Shown one piece after another: positions 11,676-24,156 of a stretch of DNA of 64,000 nucleotides (position 1 is its first letter; each line of letters begins with the position of its first letter). The notes below the pieces were generated by a model, which saw only the letters and a list, made by a program, of their open reading frames with translations, ran no database searches and was not told the origin of the DNA. This DNA is from Mobula hypostoma (lineage: Eukaryota): the NCBI RefSeq assembly GCF_963921235.1, contig NC_086108.1, positions 15,438,001 to 15,502,000 on the forward strand, read 5' to 3'. A program made the position numbers and the translations under genes.

Positions 11676-12504
11676 TGTTACGTACCCCGTAACTGGGTTG
11701 CCAAACCAGCAGAAATGGACCACTTTGTTGGAGTCTGGTTTACTAGAAACTAATAAAGTTTTATTAAAGAAATAAGTAACACAGTACTCTAACCGTACGA
11801 ATATAAATGCAACAGGTTAGCAATGATAAAACACACATGTACACAGAACTAGGGTAATAGGAATCAATCAAGCTCTATCACAGTCTAGAGGTAAAATGAT
11901 CAGTCTCAAGTGACGCAGAGTTCAGTTCAGCTTAGTACAGTTCGCAGTAATCGCTGTTGTGCCGTTGGAGAGAGAAAGAGAATGAAAATTTTGATTCAAA
12001 CAGACCTTTGGTGTTCTTCGCAGTTAGCTTTCGGGCAAACCCTTTTATGTCTTCTGTGGTCACCGACTGTGACCCCCTCCGTTCCGGATATGACCGTTCT
12101 TCCGCGGTGAACCTGGCACCCGGGCAAGGGCGGACACACACACCAGGTTCCCGCCGATCGTCCCTTTTCACCCTGTCAGTCTATGGTCGGTTCCCTCGAA
12201 CCCGACCTCCAACTCGCACCAACTTGTGGGGGCACACCGCTCTTCCAGGGTCTCGTTATCTCATGATCTCGTGGTGTGTGTGCTTTAGCGAACCTGTTCT
12301 TTTTCTCCCCCTGCTGGGGTATCGCCTGTGCATCAAACTTCAAACAGTTCAGGTTCAAAGCAACCGGTCTGTCAATATTCTGAAACGTGTTTCTTTCTCA
12401 TTAATCTCTCTCTTCTCTCTTACTAGCATTTTGAATGTTTCTCCATTGTCTCCCTTATCTCTCTCATCAGCACCAATCTTCTGATAACTTGGTTTGTCGT
12501 CACA
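11676..12504 (-). mobile_element. Solo LTR (829 bp, probably Gypsy-type) inside L1 ORF2
   Basis: Termini TGTTACG...CGTCACA; 4-bp TSD ctct at 11672-11675 and 12505-12508; AATAAA near the minus-strand 3' end. Confidence 0.9.
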
Positions 12505-14440
12505 CTCTCCTTAAAATACCACAGATATCATTAGATTCTCAAAAAGCAATGGCAAGGGGTTTAAAGCTAGATCAAAAAGCAAAGGACTCAACGAACAACG
12601 TTGTCTAGTTCCACGGTGAAGTTTAAATGGTTTGGAATTTTGAAAATTAGTAAGAACCTGAGCAGAAGGAGATAAATAAAGTAATTTAATCCATTGAATA
12701 AAATCTGGTCCAAAATTAAATTTTTCTTCGGTTTTAAATAAATAATTCCATTCAACCCGATTGAAGGCCTTCTCAGCATCTAAGGATATCAAACATTCCG
12801 ATATCTCCTGAGAAGGAGAGTAAATAACATTTAATACACACCGTATATTAAAATGTGAAAATTGGTTTTTAATAAATCCAGTCTGATCATCAGAAATAAT
12901 AGAAGGTAAAATATTTTCAATCCTATCCTACAAGCCAGAACTGTAGAAAGAATTTTAGTATCAACATTGAGTAATGAAGTTGGCCTATATGAAGAGCATT
13001 CAGTTGGATCCTAGTTCTTTTTTAGGATAAGCAAAATAGAAGCTTCATAAAAAGATTGAGGCAAACTACCCAAATTGAAAGAATCCAAAAAGATTAACTG
13101 TAACTGCGGTATAATTAATGAAGAAAAAGCCTTATAAAATTCTCCAGAAAATCCATCTGAACCTGGAGCCTTCCCCGAGTGTAATGAACGTATAGCCTCG
13201 GCGATTTCCTCATAAGAAATGGGTTGATCCATCTGTTTGCAGTTATCTGCAGAAAGTGCACGGATATTTAATTGATCTAGAAAATTATTCATTGCAGTAT
13301 TATCTTCAGGGGAATCAGAACTATAAAGTTTAGAATAGAATTCTCTAAAGGTATCATTTATTTCAGAGTAATTAGTTGTCCTACCACCATTAGTTTTGCA
13401 AATTTCTTTAATTTGTCATTTAACTACAGAAGTTTTTAATTGGTTGGCCAATACTTTGCCTGGTTTATCTCCGTGAATGTAAAATTGAGTTGTATCTTTA
13501 AGAAGTTGAGTTTCAATTGGATGTGTTAACAGAAGATCATATTTAGTTTTAACTTCAACGTGTAGGTTTATGTAATGGAGATGGATTGTACAAGCTGAAG
13601 TTATTTGTCCTTGAATATAGATGATCTAAATGGATGTTTAAGGTAGTAAATGGAGAGAAACTGTTTCCTTTTGTGGAAGAGTTCAATTTGGAACTAAGAT
13701 GTTCAGGATTAATGCCAAGATGCACTCCTTCACACTGAAGAAAATGGACATTTTGAATTTTCTGAAAACTTTCTCTAGAGTGAGCATTCACAACCTAGGA
13801 TCCACATACCCCTTGGTTAATCGTAGGGGTCTATGGCATAAAAAGATTGGAAACTCCTGCTCTAGAGTAATGGGGGATGGAGTGATGAGAGTCTGTTTAC
13901 AACTGAAATATTAGTTTTTTTTATGCAATAGTATGAATGGACATGGATGCAAAATGGAGTTAAAATAGAAATCATTTGAATTGCCATCTCCAATTCCAAT
14001 ATTCCTGATAACTGGATAACGGATGCAGCTCAAAAGTATTTTGGAAAACCTGTTAATACTGCAGAGCAGACAATACAGGCTCCAGATGTCTTAATCTCAT
14101 TTTTCCACTGATTGTGCGGGGCTCAGGAGGAAAGATTGTGAGGAACATTCTGTGTCATTTTCCCTTGTTTAAGTTAACTGGATAGGTAAAATTTTCGTTT
14201 TGCCCTCTTTTTTATTACCTTGAGTATCCTTAAATGAATTCTAGTAAGTTCATCAACTTTTGTCAGTCAAAGTTTCATCTTAATACAAAAGAAATCACTG
14301 CCAGTACTAGAACTAAGGAAATAAAACAAAAATTGCATAGTCAGCAACACTGAAAATATCTGTGAAAAAAGCAACAGATGAAACATTTCAATATGGTGAT
14401 CTTTCATCAGAATAAGGGAGATTTACTTCTTTTGCAATTA

Positions 14441-14907
14441 AATGAAGGGATTAAAAGTAACATTAGCAAATTTGCAGATGACACAAAACTGGGTGGCAGT
14501 GTGAAATGTGAGGAGGATGTTGTGAGAATGCAGGGTGACTTGGACAGGTTGGGTGAGTGGGCAGATGCATGGCAGATGCAGTTTAATGTGGATAAATGTG
14601 AGGTTATCCACTTTGGTGGCAAGAACAGGAAGGCAGATTACTATCTGAATGGTGTCAAGTTAGGAAAAGGGGAAGTACAACGAGATCTAGGTGTCCTTGT
14701 TCATCAGTCACTGAAAGTAAGCATGCAGGTACAGCAGGCAGTGAAGAAAGCTAATGGCATGTTGGCCTTCATAACAAGGGGAGTTGAGTATAGGAGCAAA
14801 GAGGTCCTTCTGCAGTTGTACAGGGCCCTGGTGAGACCACACCTGGAGTATTGTGTACAGTTTTGGTCTCCAAATTTGAGGAAGGACGTTCTAGCTATTG
14901 AGGGAGT
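14441..14907 (+). mobile_element. Internal CR1 RT fragment lacking a 3' tail
   Basis: ORF 14378..14944 (SKFADDTKLGG...LVRPHLEYCVQFWSP) stops abruptly against L1 sequence. Confidence 0.92.
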
Positions 14908-17015
14908 AAAAACAAAGTCCGTTCCAACAGCTAAAAAAACGTAGATGATCACATTTCCATATGTGCGTTTCCTGTTAAAAAAATAATAGGGACCTTAAAA
15001 TTTCTTAATATAAGCAAAAATCTTATTACATTTAACAGGGTGATTTAACCCTTTCATATTAAAACTAAGTAAATTAATAGTTTGGTCCATTTTTAATATT
15101 ATTTAAAGGAAGGGTTAAAATGTAAGTTAAAAACCAAGCCATAAACCTTAAGAAATGGTAACCAAGCAACAAGTTGGCTAAAAATTCGAAAACAGCTTCT
15201 GGGGGAAAAAAAACACCCCTGTCCACCTCCCAAAGAAAGAAAACCCACTAATAGAAAGTCGGCATCTAAGAACTATGGACAACCCCCCCCAAAAAAAACC
15301 TGGTGATCGCTCCAATTACTTTCAAGGTTTTTTATATTCCAACCTAGGCTAAACAATATCCAAATAAATTCAATTGTCGTAGATCAAAAATACAGTATTA
15401 AAAAATACGAAAGGAAATTAGTTACAAAGGTTTACCAAAAGTAAAAGATACAATTATTCATACAGAAAGACATTAAATATTAATCTTATATCTTCATGGA
15501 AAAACAGGCTAAGCAGTTAGCCTTCAAATTTAAAAAATCTTTGTGCTTCAACATTCAAACAAAACCATTTGAAGGATCCATCTTAATAAGATTCTCAGTC
15601 AAACTGGGTAGCCAAGGGACGAGTTATAACCCATATTAAAAAAAAATTCCAACAGAGCTTGTTTAAACTTAGCATATTTCTGCATAACCTCAAGCAAATA
15701 ATCTTCGAGGATCTTAATATTCCACCCTATAACCAATCATGCCCCTTCAACAGGATTTGCGAATTAAATGTTTAATCTTATGTCTTCATGTAAGGAGAAA
15801 CTAAACAGCTAGCCTTTGGATTTTAAAAACTTTTGAGCTTCAACAGATGAGCGGAACCATTCGAAAGAACCATTTTTAAGTGTGATTCTGAGTCGGGCTG
15901 GGTAGTGAAGGGAAGGCTTGAAATCCTTATTAAAAAGTTCAAACATAACTTCTTTGAACTTAATGTGTTCCTGCATAACATCAGGCGAATAATCTTCGAC
16001 AATTCTAATCTTGCGACCATTATAGTCAATCATGCCTCTTCGACGAGATTCATGAATTAAGAGTTCCTTTGTTTTAAATTCCTGAAAACAGATTATTACT
16101 GATCTTGGTCTCTGATTGTTAGGAGGTCTGAACGCAGAGATCTGTGAACTCGATCGATCATAGGCACAGACGTCAAGATCTCCGGAAATAATTCTCGCAA
16201 AAAGTTTGTAAAAAAACTCCATAGGACGATTACCTTTGATTAATTCTTAGACCCGTACTTCTATTTTCTAGGTTGATAGTCTTAACTTTTCGTTGAACTT
16301 CGATTGCTTTTCACAAAGCTTCTGCAATTCATCCACTTCCGTTTCCAAAACCGACAACATTTCTTCATTAGTTTGAATACGTTTAATCATGTTCATTAAG
16401 AGGTTGTTGAATAGAATCCAGTTTAGCATCTATTTGTTAAAATTCAGTGCTGAATTGTTGAAACTTCTCAGAGGCTTCTTGTGTATGGATTTGCAGCAAA
16501 TCCATAATAGAGTCAAAAGAAGCAGGAAGGTTATCTTTTTTAGTACCTCTGGCACTTCTTCCAGCCATAATGAAAGAATATCACACTTAAAAAAGAAGGT
16601 TCAAGACAGGTTGGAAATAGTAAGATAATTAAAGTTGGAGCAACGGCAGAATGCTGTTACTCCATCAACCACCATCAGGAAATCGCATCCTTGCAAATCT
16701 ACAATGATGAATTACTTTGAGAAATTGGTCATGGCTAGAATCTACTCCTGCCTCATCAAGGATCTGGACTTACTGTAATTTGCCTATTTCCACAATAGGT
16801 CTATGACAGACCCATTCTCAATGGCTCTTCACATGGCCTTGGATCACTTGGATAATACAAACACCTATGTCAGGATGCTGTTTGTTGGCTATAGGTCAGT
16901 GTTTAACAGCATAGTTCCCAAAGTCCTGATTGATAGTGGGTCTCTGTACTTCCCTCTGTAATTGGATCCTTGACTTCCTAACCGGAAGCCCACAATCTGT
17001 GCGAATTTCTGATAA

Positions 17016-18878
17016 TAGAAACATAGAAACATAGAAAATAGGTGCAGGAGTAGGCCATTCGGCCCTTCGAGCCTGCACCGCCATTTATTATGATCATGGC
17101 TGATCATCCAACTCAGAACCCCGCCCCAGCCTTCCCTCCGCAGCCTTCCGCCCCTGACCCCCGTAGCCACAAGGGCCATATCTAACTCCCTCTTAAATAT
17201 AGCCAATGAACTGGCCTCAACAGTTTCCTGTGGCAGAGAATTCCACAGATTCACCACTCTCTGTGTGAAGAAGTTTTTCCTAATCTCGGTCCTAAAAGGC
17301 TTCCCCTCTATCCTCAAACTGTGACCCCTCGTTCTGGACTTCCCCAACATCGGGAACAATATTCCTGCATCTAGCCTGTCCAATCCCTTTAGGATCTTAT
17401 ACGTTTCAATCAGATCCCCCCTCAATCTTCTAAATTCCAACGAGTACAAGCCCAATTCATCCAGTCTTTCTTCATATGAAAGTCCCGCCATCCCAGGAAT
17501 CAATCTGGTGAACCTTCTTTGTACTCCCTCTATGGCAAAGATGTCTTTCCTCAGATTAGGGGACCAAAACTGCACACAATACTCCAGGTGTGGTCTCACC
17601 AAGGCCTTGTACAACTGCAGTAGTACGTCCCTGCTCCTGTACTCGAATCCTCTCACTATAAATGCCAGCATACCATTCGCCTTTTTCACCGCCTGCTGTA
17701 CCTGCATGCCCACTTTCAATGACTGGTGTATAATGACACCCAGGTCTCGTTGCACCTCCCCTTTTCCTAATCGGCCACCATTCAGATAATAATCTGTTTT
17801 CCTATTTTTGCCACCAAAGTGGATAACTTCACATTTATCCACATCAAATTACATCTGCCATGAATTTGCCCACTCACCCAACCTATCCAAGTCACCCTGC
17901 ATCCTCTTAGCATCCTCCTCACTGCTAACACTGCCACCCAGCTTCGTGTCATCCGCAAATTTGGAGATGCTGCATTTAATTCCCTCATCCAAGTCATTAA
18001 TATATATTGTAAACAACTGGGGTCCCAGCACTGAGCCTTGCGGTACCCCACTAGTCACCGCCTGCCATTCTGAAAAGGTCCTGTTTATTCCCACTCTTTG
18101 CTTCCTGTCTACTAACCAATTCTCCACCCACACCAATACCTTATCCCCAATACCGTGTGCTTTAAGTTTGCACACTAATCTCCTGTGTGGGACCTTGTCA
18201 AAAGCCTTTTGAAAATCCAAATATACCACATCCACTGGTTCTCCCCTATCCACTCTACTAGTTACATCCTCAAAAAATTCTATGAGATTTGTCAGACTTG
18301 ATTTTCCTTTCACAAATCCATGCTGACTTTGTCCGATCATTTCACCGCTTTCCAAATGTGCTGTTATCACATCCTTGATAACTGACTCCAGCAGTTTCCC
18401 CACCACCGATGTTAGGCTAACCGGTCTATAATTCCCCGGTTTCTCTCTCCCTCCTTTTTTAAAAAGTGGGGTTACATTAGCCACCCTCCAATCCTCAGGA
18501 ACTAGTCCAGAATCTAACGAGTTTTGAAAAATTATCACTAATGCATCCACTATTTCTTGGGCTACTTCTTTAAGCACTCTGGGATGCAGACCATCTGGCC
18601 CTGGGGATTTATCTGCCTTCAATCCCTTCAAATTACCTAACACCACTTCCCTACTAACATGTATTTCGCTCAGTTCCTCCATCCCACTGCACCCTCTGTC
18701 CCTTACTATTTCTGGAAGATTATTTATGTCCTCCTTAGTGAAGACAGAACCAAAGTAACTATTCAATTGGTCTGCCATGTCCTTGCTCCCCATAATCAAT
18801 TCACGTGTTTCTGTTTGCAGGGGACCTACATTTGTCTTTACCAGTCTTTTCCTTTTTACATATCTATAAAAGCTTTTA
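17016..18878 (-). mobile_element. Young 5'-truncated CR1 LINE
   Basis: ORFs 17849..18799 and 16889..17842 cover the RT almost intact; (atagaaac)n tail. Confidence 0.97.
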
Positions 18879-19485
18879 TCTCCTCCTTGCTGATGATCGA
18901 CACTGGCACATCTCAGGGTGTGTGCTTAGTCCACTGCTCAACTCCCTCTATACCCGTGACTCTTTGGCTAGCTATAGCTCAAATACCATCTATAAATTTG
19001 CTGATGATACAACCATTGTGGTAGAATCTCAGACAGAGATGAGAGAGCGTACAGGAGCAAGTTATACCAGCTAGTTGAGTGGTGTCACGGCAAAACTTTA
19101 TACTCAATGTCATTAAGATGAAAGAGCTGATTGTAGACCTTAGGAAGAGGAAGACAGGGGAACATGAACCAATCCTCATAGAGGGATCAGAAGTGGAGAG
19201 AGTTAGCAATTTCAAGTTCCTGGGTGTCAAGATCTCTGAGAATCTCATCTGATCTCAACATATCGATGCAGCTATAAAGAAGGCAAGACAGCATCTATAC
19301 TTCATTAGGAGTTTGAAGAGATTTGGTTTGTCACCTAAAACACTTCAGTACAGCTATTATAGATGTACTGTAGAGAGCATTCTGACAGGCTGCATCACAG
19401 TCTAGTATGGGGGGTGGGGGGGAGGGAGGGCTACTGCATAGGACCGAAAGAAGCTACAGAAAGTTGTAAAGCTCTATTTTGGGTA

Positions 19486-20307
19486 CAGGTTCGGAATCCC
19501 TTATCCAAAATTCTGAAATCCAAAAAGCTCCAAAAACCGAAGTTTTTCTCGCCAACAGCTGACGTCACTCAGGTGTGACGTGGCAGCACTAGCAGAGGCT
19601 GCCAGGTGTCAGTTGTGGCTCAGTGCTCGTACTGCATTTGCTGTTCGCTGATATTTTGTGTTCGCTGTTGACTTTGTGTTTAATTTCACTGTGAAGATGT
19701 CAAAAAGAGCTGCAGATACCCCTATGGGTAACAATGAGAAAAAGAGAAGGAAGCATCTATCACTATCGTTAACGCAGAAAGTGGAGTTATTGCAGAAGCT
19801 TGATTATGGTGTGTCTGTGCGGTGTCTCACTGAAGAATATGGTGTCGGAACTACCACTGTACATGATTTAAAGAAACAGACAAGTTACTGAAGTTTTGTA
19901 GTGACAGTAACGTTCTATATTTATTCCAACAAGTCATTTACCATGTGTTTGATTCAATTCGTTTGAAGCTGTATATTTTTATGTTTTATTGAATGTTTTT
20001 TTCTTGTTGTTATTCCCTAAACAATACAGTATAACAACTATTTACATAGCATTTACATTGTATTAGGTATTATAAGTAATCTAGAGATAATTTAAAGTAC
20101 ACGGGAGGATGTGCATAGGTCTGGAGCTCCGCTGGGTCCTAAAGTCCAATGCACTGAGACAGGTTAAATAAGGGACTTGAGCGTACATGTTTTTTGGTAT
20201 CCATGGGGGGTCCTGGAACCAATAAGGAGGGATTCTGAAATCCGAAAAATTCTGAATTCCGAAATGCAACTGGCCCCAAGGATTTTGGATAAGGGATTGT
20301 GGACCTG
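19486..20307 (+). mobile_element. Non-autonomous pogo/Tigger DNA transposon (Tigger4/Zombi-like ends)
   Basis: TA TSDs; TIRs CAGGTTCGGAATCCCTTATCCAAAATTCT and CAGGTCCACAATCCCTTATCCAAAATCCT. Truncated psq-type HTH MSKRAADTPMGNNEKKRRKHLSLSLTQKVELLQKLD.GVSV..LTEEYGVGTTTVHDLKKQ. Confidence 0.92.
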
Positions 20308-20475
20308 TACTAGCTTCCATATTCTCCAAGACATCTTCAAGGAGCGGTGGATCAGAAAGATGGTGTCTATGATTAAGGACCCCCATCATGCAGGATATGC
20401 CCTCTTCTCTTTGCTACCATCGGGAAGGAGGTACAGAAGCCTGAAGGCATGAACTCAACAATTCAGGAACAGTTT

Positions 20476-20790
20476 CCCCGTTTCTTTTTCCCTAGGCCTC
20501 CCGTCCCATCATCTCCTCCCTTCTCCAGCCTTGTATCCCTTTTGCCAATCAACTTTGCAGCTCTTAGCTCTATCCCTACCCCTCCTGTCTTCTCCTATCA
20601 TTTTGGATCTCCCCCTCCCCCTCCCACTTTCAAATCTCTTACTCTCTTCTTTCAGTTAGTCTTGACAAAGGGTCTCGGCCCAAAACATCGACTGTGCTTC
20701 TTCCTATGGATGCTGTCTGGCCTGCTGCGTGCCACCAGCATTTTGTGTGTGTTGCTTAAATTTCCAGCGTCTGCAGGTTTCCCCGTGGTT
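20476..20790 (+). mobile_element. Penelope-like element 3' pLTR fragment with decayed hammerhead motif
   Basis: Pyrimidine-rich body then agtc-ttgacaa-agggtctcggccc-aaaacatc-gact; same family as 51861-52083. Confidence 0.8.
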
Positions 20791-21309
20791 GAAAAGTCCT
20801 TTAACACAACCTTGGAAAACAAGCTGTAAATTTATTGAACTGAAGAGGGCAGTGTGATCCAGGTCTGGTGGGTTCTTGCGTCAATTACAGAAAAGTCCCA
20901 TCCGAGCTGATTACTTGCCACCTGTGGCAGTCTGTGCAGCAAACTCCAGGGAGCTGGCAAATAAATTGCCATTCAAGTTACTAAACTTCACCCTCTGTTA
21001 TAACAGTTTATCACTTGTATCAGTAAGTTCCAAGTCTTGCCTTCTGTTGTGTAAGTATATGTCTTGTACTCTGTCCTTTTTAGTTTCTCTTTTTTCCAGT
21101 GAGACCCTTTTGATGTTGTCCCTCGACTTGCCTATGTTGGAATCTGTTGCTTTTCCATTTTCTCTGCTTACTAATCTTGCTTATGCTGTGTAAATGTCTA
21201 TATTTTCTGCAGGCATTCGTGCATGTTTGGGTTTTGTGTTGATGTTAGGATTTTCTATTTTGTATTACCTAAATGCATACAAGTATAGCTCTGCACTGCC
21301 AATTATATA

Positions 21310-22612
21310 GATATAGACATAGAATAGTATAGCACAGTACAGGCCCTTTGGCCCACAATGTTGTGCCAACCCTTAAACCCTGCCTCCCATATAACCCCCC
21401 ACCTTATATTCCTCCATATACCTGTCTAGTAGTGTCCTAAATTTCACTAGTGTATCTGCCTCCACCACTGACTCAGGCAGTGCATTCCATGCACCAACCA
21501 CTCTCTGAGTAAAAAAACCTTTCTCTAATATCCCCCTTGAACTTCCCACCCCTTACCTTAAAGCCATGTCCTCTTGTATTGAGCAGTGGTGCCCTGGGGA
21601 AGAGGCGCTGGCTATCCACTCTACCTATTCCTCTTAATATCTTGTATACCTCTATCATGTCTCCTCTCATCCTCCTCCTCTCCAGAGAGTAAAGCCCTAG
21701 CTCCCTTAATTTCTGATCATAATGCATACTTTCTAACCAGGCAGCATCCTGGTAAATCTCCTTTGTACCCTTTCCAATGCTTCCACATCCTTCCTATAGT
21801 GAGGCGACCAGAAATGGACACAGTACTCCAAGTGTGGCCTAACCAGAGTTTTATAGAGCTGCATCATTACCCCGCGACTCTTAAACTCTATCCTTCGACT
21901 TATGAAAGCTAACACTTCATAAGCTTTCTTCACTACCCTATCTACCTGTGAGGCAACTTTCAGGGATCTGTGGACATGTATCCCCAGATCCCTCTGCTCC
22001 TCCACACTACCAAGTATCCTGCCATTTACTTTGTACTCTGCCTTGGAGTTTGTCCTTCCAAAGTGTTCCACCTCACACTTCTCCGGGTTCAACTCCATCT
22101 GCCACTTCTCAGCCCACTTCTGCATCCTATCAATGTCTCTCTGTAATCTTCGACAATCCTCTACACTATTCACAACACCACCAACCTTTGTGTCATCTGC
22201 AAACTTGCCAACCCATCCTTCTACCTCCACATCCAGGTCGTTAATAAAAATCACAAGAAGTGGAGGTCCCAGAACCGATCCCCGTGGGACACCACTAGTC
22301 ACTACCCTCCAATGCGAATGTACTCCCTCCACCACGACCCTCTGCTTTCTGCAGGCAAGCCAATTCTGAATCCACCTGGCCAAACTTCCCTGGATCCTAT
22401 GCCTTCTGACTTTCTGAATAAGCCTACTGTGTGGAACCTTGTCAAATGCCTTACTAAAATCCACGTAGATCACATCCATCACATCTACTGCACTACCCTC
22501 ATCTATATGCCTGGTCACCTCCTCAAAGAACTCTTATCAGGCTTGTTAGACACGATCTGCCCTTCACAAAGCCATGCTGACTGTCCCTGATCAGACCATG
22601 ATTCTCTAAATG
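21310..22612 (-). mobile_element. 5'-truncated CR1 LINE
   Basis: ORFs 21733..22518 and 21473..21727; near-identical to 2454-3880. Confidence 0.97.
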
Positions 22613-24156
22613 CTGACATGCTATATGTAGTGTATGTTTTTGAATTTCCATTTTGTAAGCTTTGTATTACATGCTGGGGTACACAACTTGAGAGTCAAAA
22701 GTATACTCTTAGGGATTTTTAAGTCTCTTGTTCAGAATGCTCTTTGTGCCTACTGAAAGCTATAATCTGTTGTGCACTTGGCTTTTATACAGGGCTTGAA
22801 GGTGTTTGTGAGAGAAAGAGAGACCACATGCAGGGAAACAGAGTGAAGCAGAGCCTGAATCTGGGGAAAGCAGAGATACTGCTCAAACTACTCTAAGACT
22901 GGGGGTGTAGAACTCTAGCAAATTTCTATAGATGTACAGTGAAGAGCATTTCTACTGGTTGCATCACCTTTTGGTATGGAGGGGCACAGGATCAGAAAAA
23001 GCTGCTGAGGGTTGTAAACTCAGCCAGCTCCATCATGAGCCCTAATCTTTCCAGTATTGAGGGCATCTTCAAAATGCAATGCCTCAAAAAGATAGCATCT
23101 ATCATTAAGGACCCCACCACCTAGGGCATGCCATCCTTGAAGGGAAAAGATGAAATGTGAGGGCAAACTAGCCAATAATATAAAGCAGGATACCAAAAGT
23201 TTTTTCAGTTGTATGAAGAGTAAAAGGGAAGTGAGAATTGATATTGGACCACTTGAAAATGATGCTGTTGAGGTAGTAATAGGAGACAAATAAATGGCAG
23301 ATGAACTTAATGGGTACTTTGCATCTGTCTTCTCTGTGGAGTACACTAGCAGTGTACCAGAGGTTCATGAGTATCAGGAAGCAGAAGTGAGTGCAATTGC
23401 TATTACAAAGGAAAAAGTGCTAGGCAAACTCAAAGGTTTTAAGGTGGATAAATCACCTGGACCAGATGAACTACATCCCAACGTCCTGAGAAAGGTTGCT
23501 GAGGAGATTATGGATGCAGTGTCATGATTTTTCAAGATTCACTTGATTCTGGCATGGTCTTGAAGGGCTGGAAGATAGCAAATGTCACTCCACTCTTTAA
23601 CAAGGAAAGAAGGTAAAAGAAAGGAAATTATAAGCCAGTTAGCCTAACCTGAGTGGGTGAGAAAGTTTTGGAGTCTATTATGAAGGATGGGTTTCAGGGT
23701 ACTTGGAGACTAATGATAAAATAAGTCAAAGTCAGCATAGTTTCTGTAAAGGGAAATCTAGCCTGACAAATGTGTTAGGGTTCTTCAAGGAAGTAACAGG
23801 CAGGATGGACGAAGGAGAGGCAGTGGATGTCACTTACTCGGAGTTTCAGAAGGCTTATGATAAGGTGCCACACATGAAGCTGCTTAACAAGTTAATATCT
23901 TATGGCTTTACAGGGAATAAAAGGGGTCTTTTCTGGCTGGCTGCCAGTGAATAGTAGTGTTCCTCAGGGGTTAGTATTGAGACTGCTACTTTTCACATTG
24001 TCAGTGATTTCGATAATGGAATTGATGGCTTTGTGGCAACATTTGCAGATGATATGGAGATAAGTGGAGGGGTAGATAGTGTTGAGGAAGCAATGTGATT
24101 ACAGCAGAACTTAGACAAATTGAAAGAATGGGCAAAAAAGTGGCAGATGGAGTACA

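Larger units (their letters stand above)
9712..16685 (-). mobile_element. Full-length but decayed L1 LINE (ORF1 ~16568-15809, ORF2 from 15090) with 15-bp TSD
   Basis: TSD catccttg(t/c)aaatct at 9697-9711 and 16686-16700; AATAAA and A-rich tail. ORF1 has RPRSVII.F...LHYPARLRIT. ORF2 has MDQTINLLSFN.KGLNHPVK, GKAPGSDGF, SLDAEKAF, RGTRQ.CSLSPLLF and HMFWTCP. Confidence 0.95.
9005..20475 (+). mobile_element. Rex1/Babar-type LINE split into four pieces (9005-9244, 16701-17015, 18879-19483, 20310-20475) by nested insertions
   Basis: Pieces read KVAGP...LKTCANQLAGVF...CLNDYCPVAFT | TMM..FEKLVM...DHLDNTNTYVRMLF | TGTSQG..LSPLL.SLYT.D...KFADDTT | LFSLLPSGRRYRSL and are colinear once the inserts are removed. 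Confidence 0.88.

Noticed and set aside
11910..12484. ORFs of 60-175 aa inside the solo LTR
   Set aside because: No recognisable domains; expected by chance in GC-richer LTR sequence.
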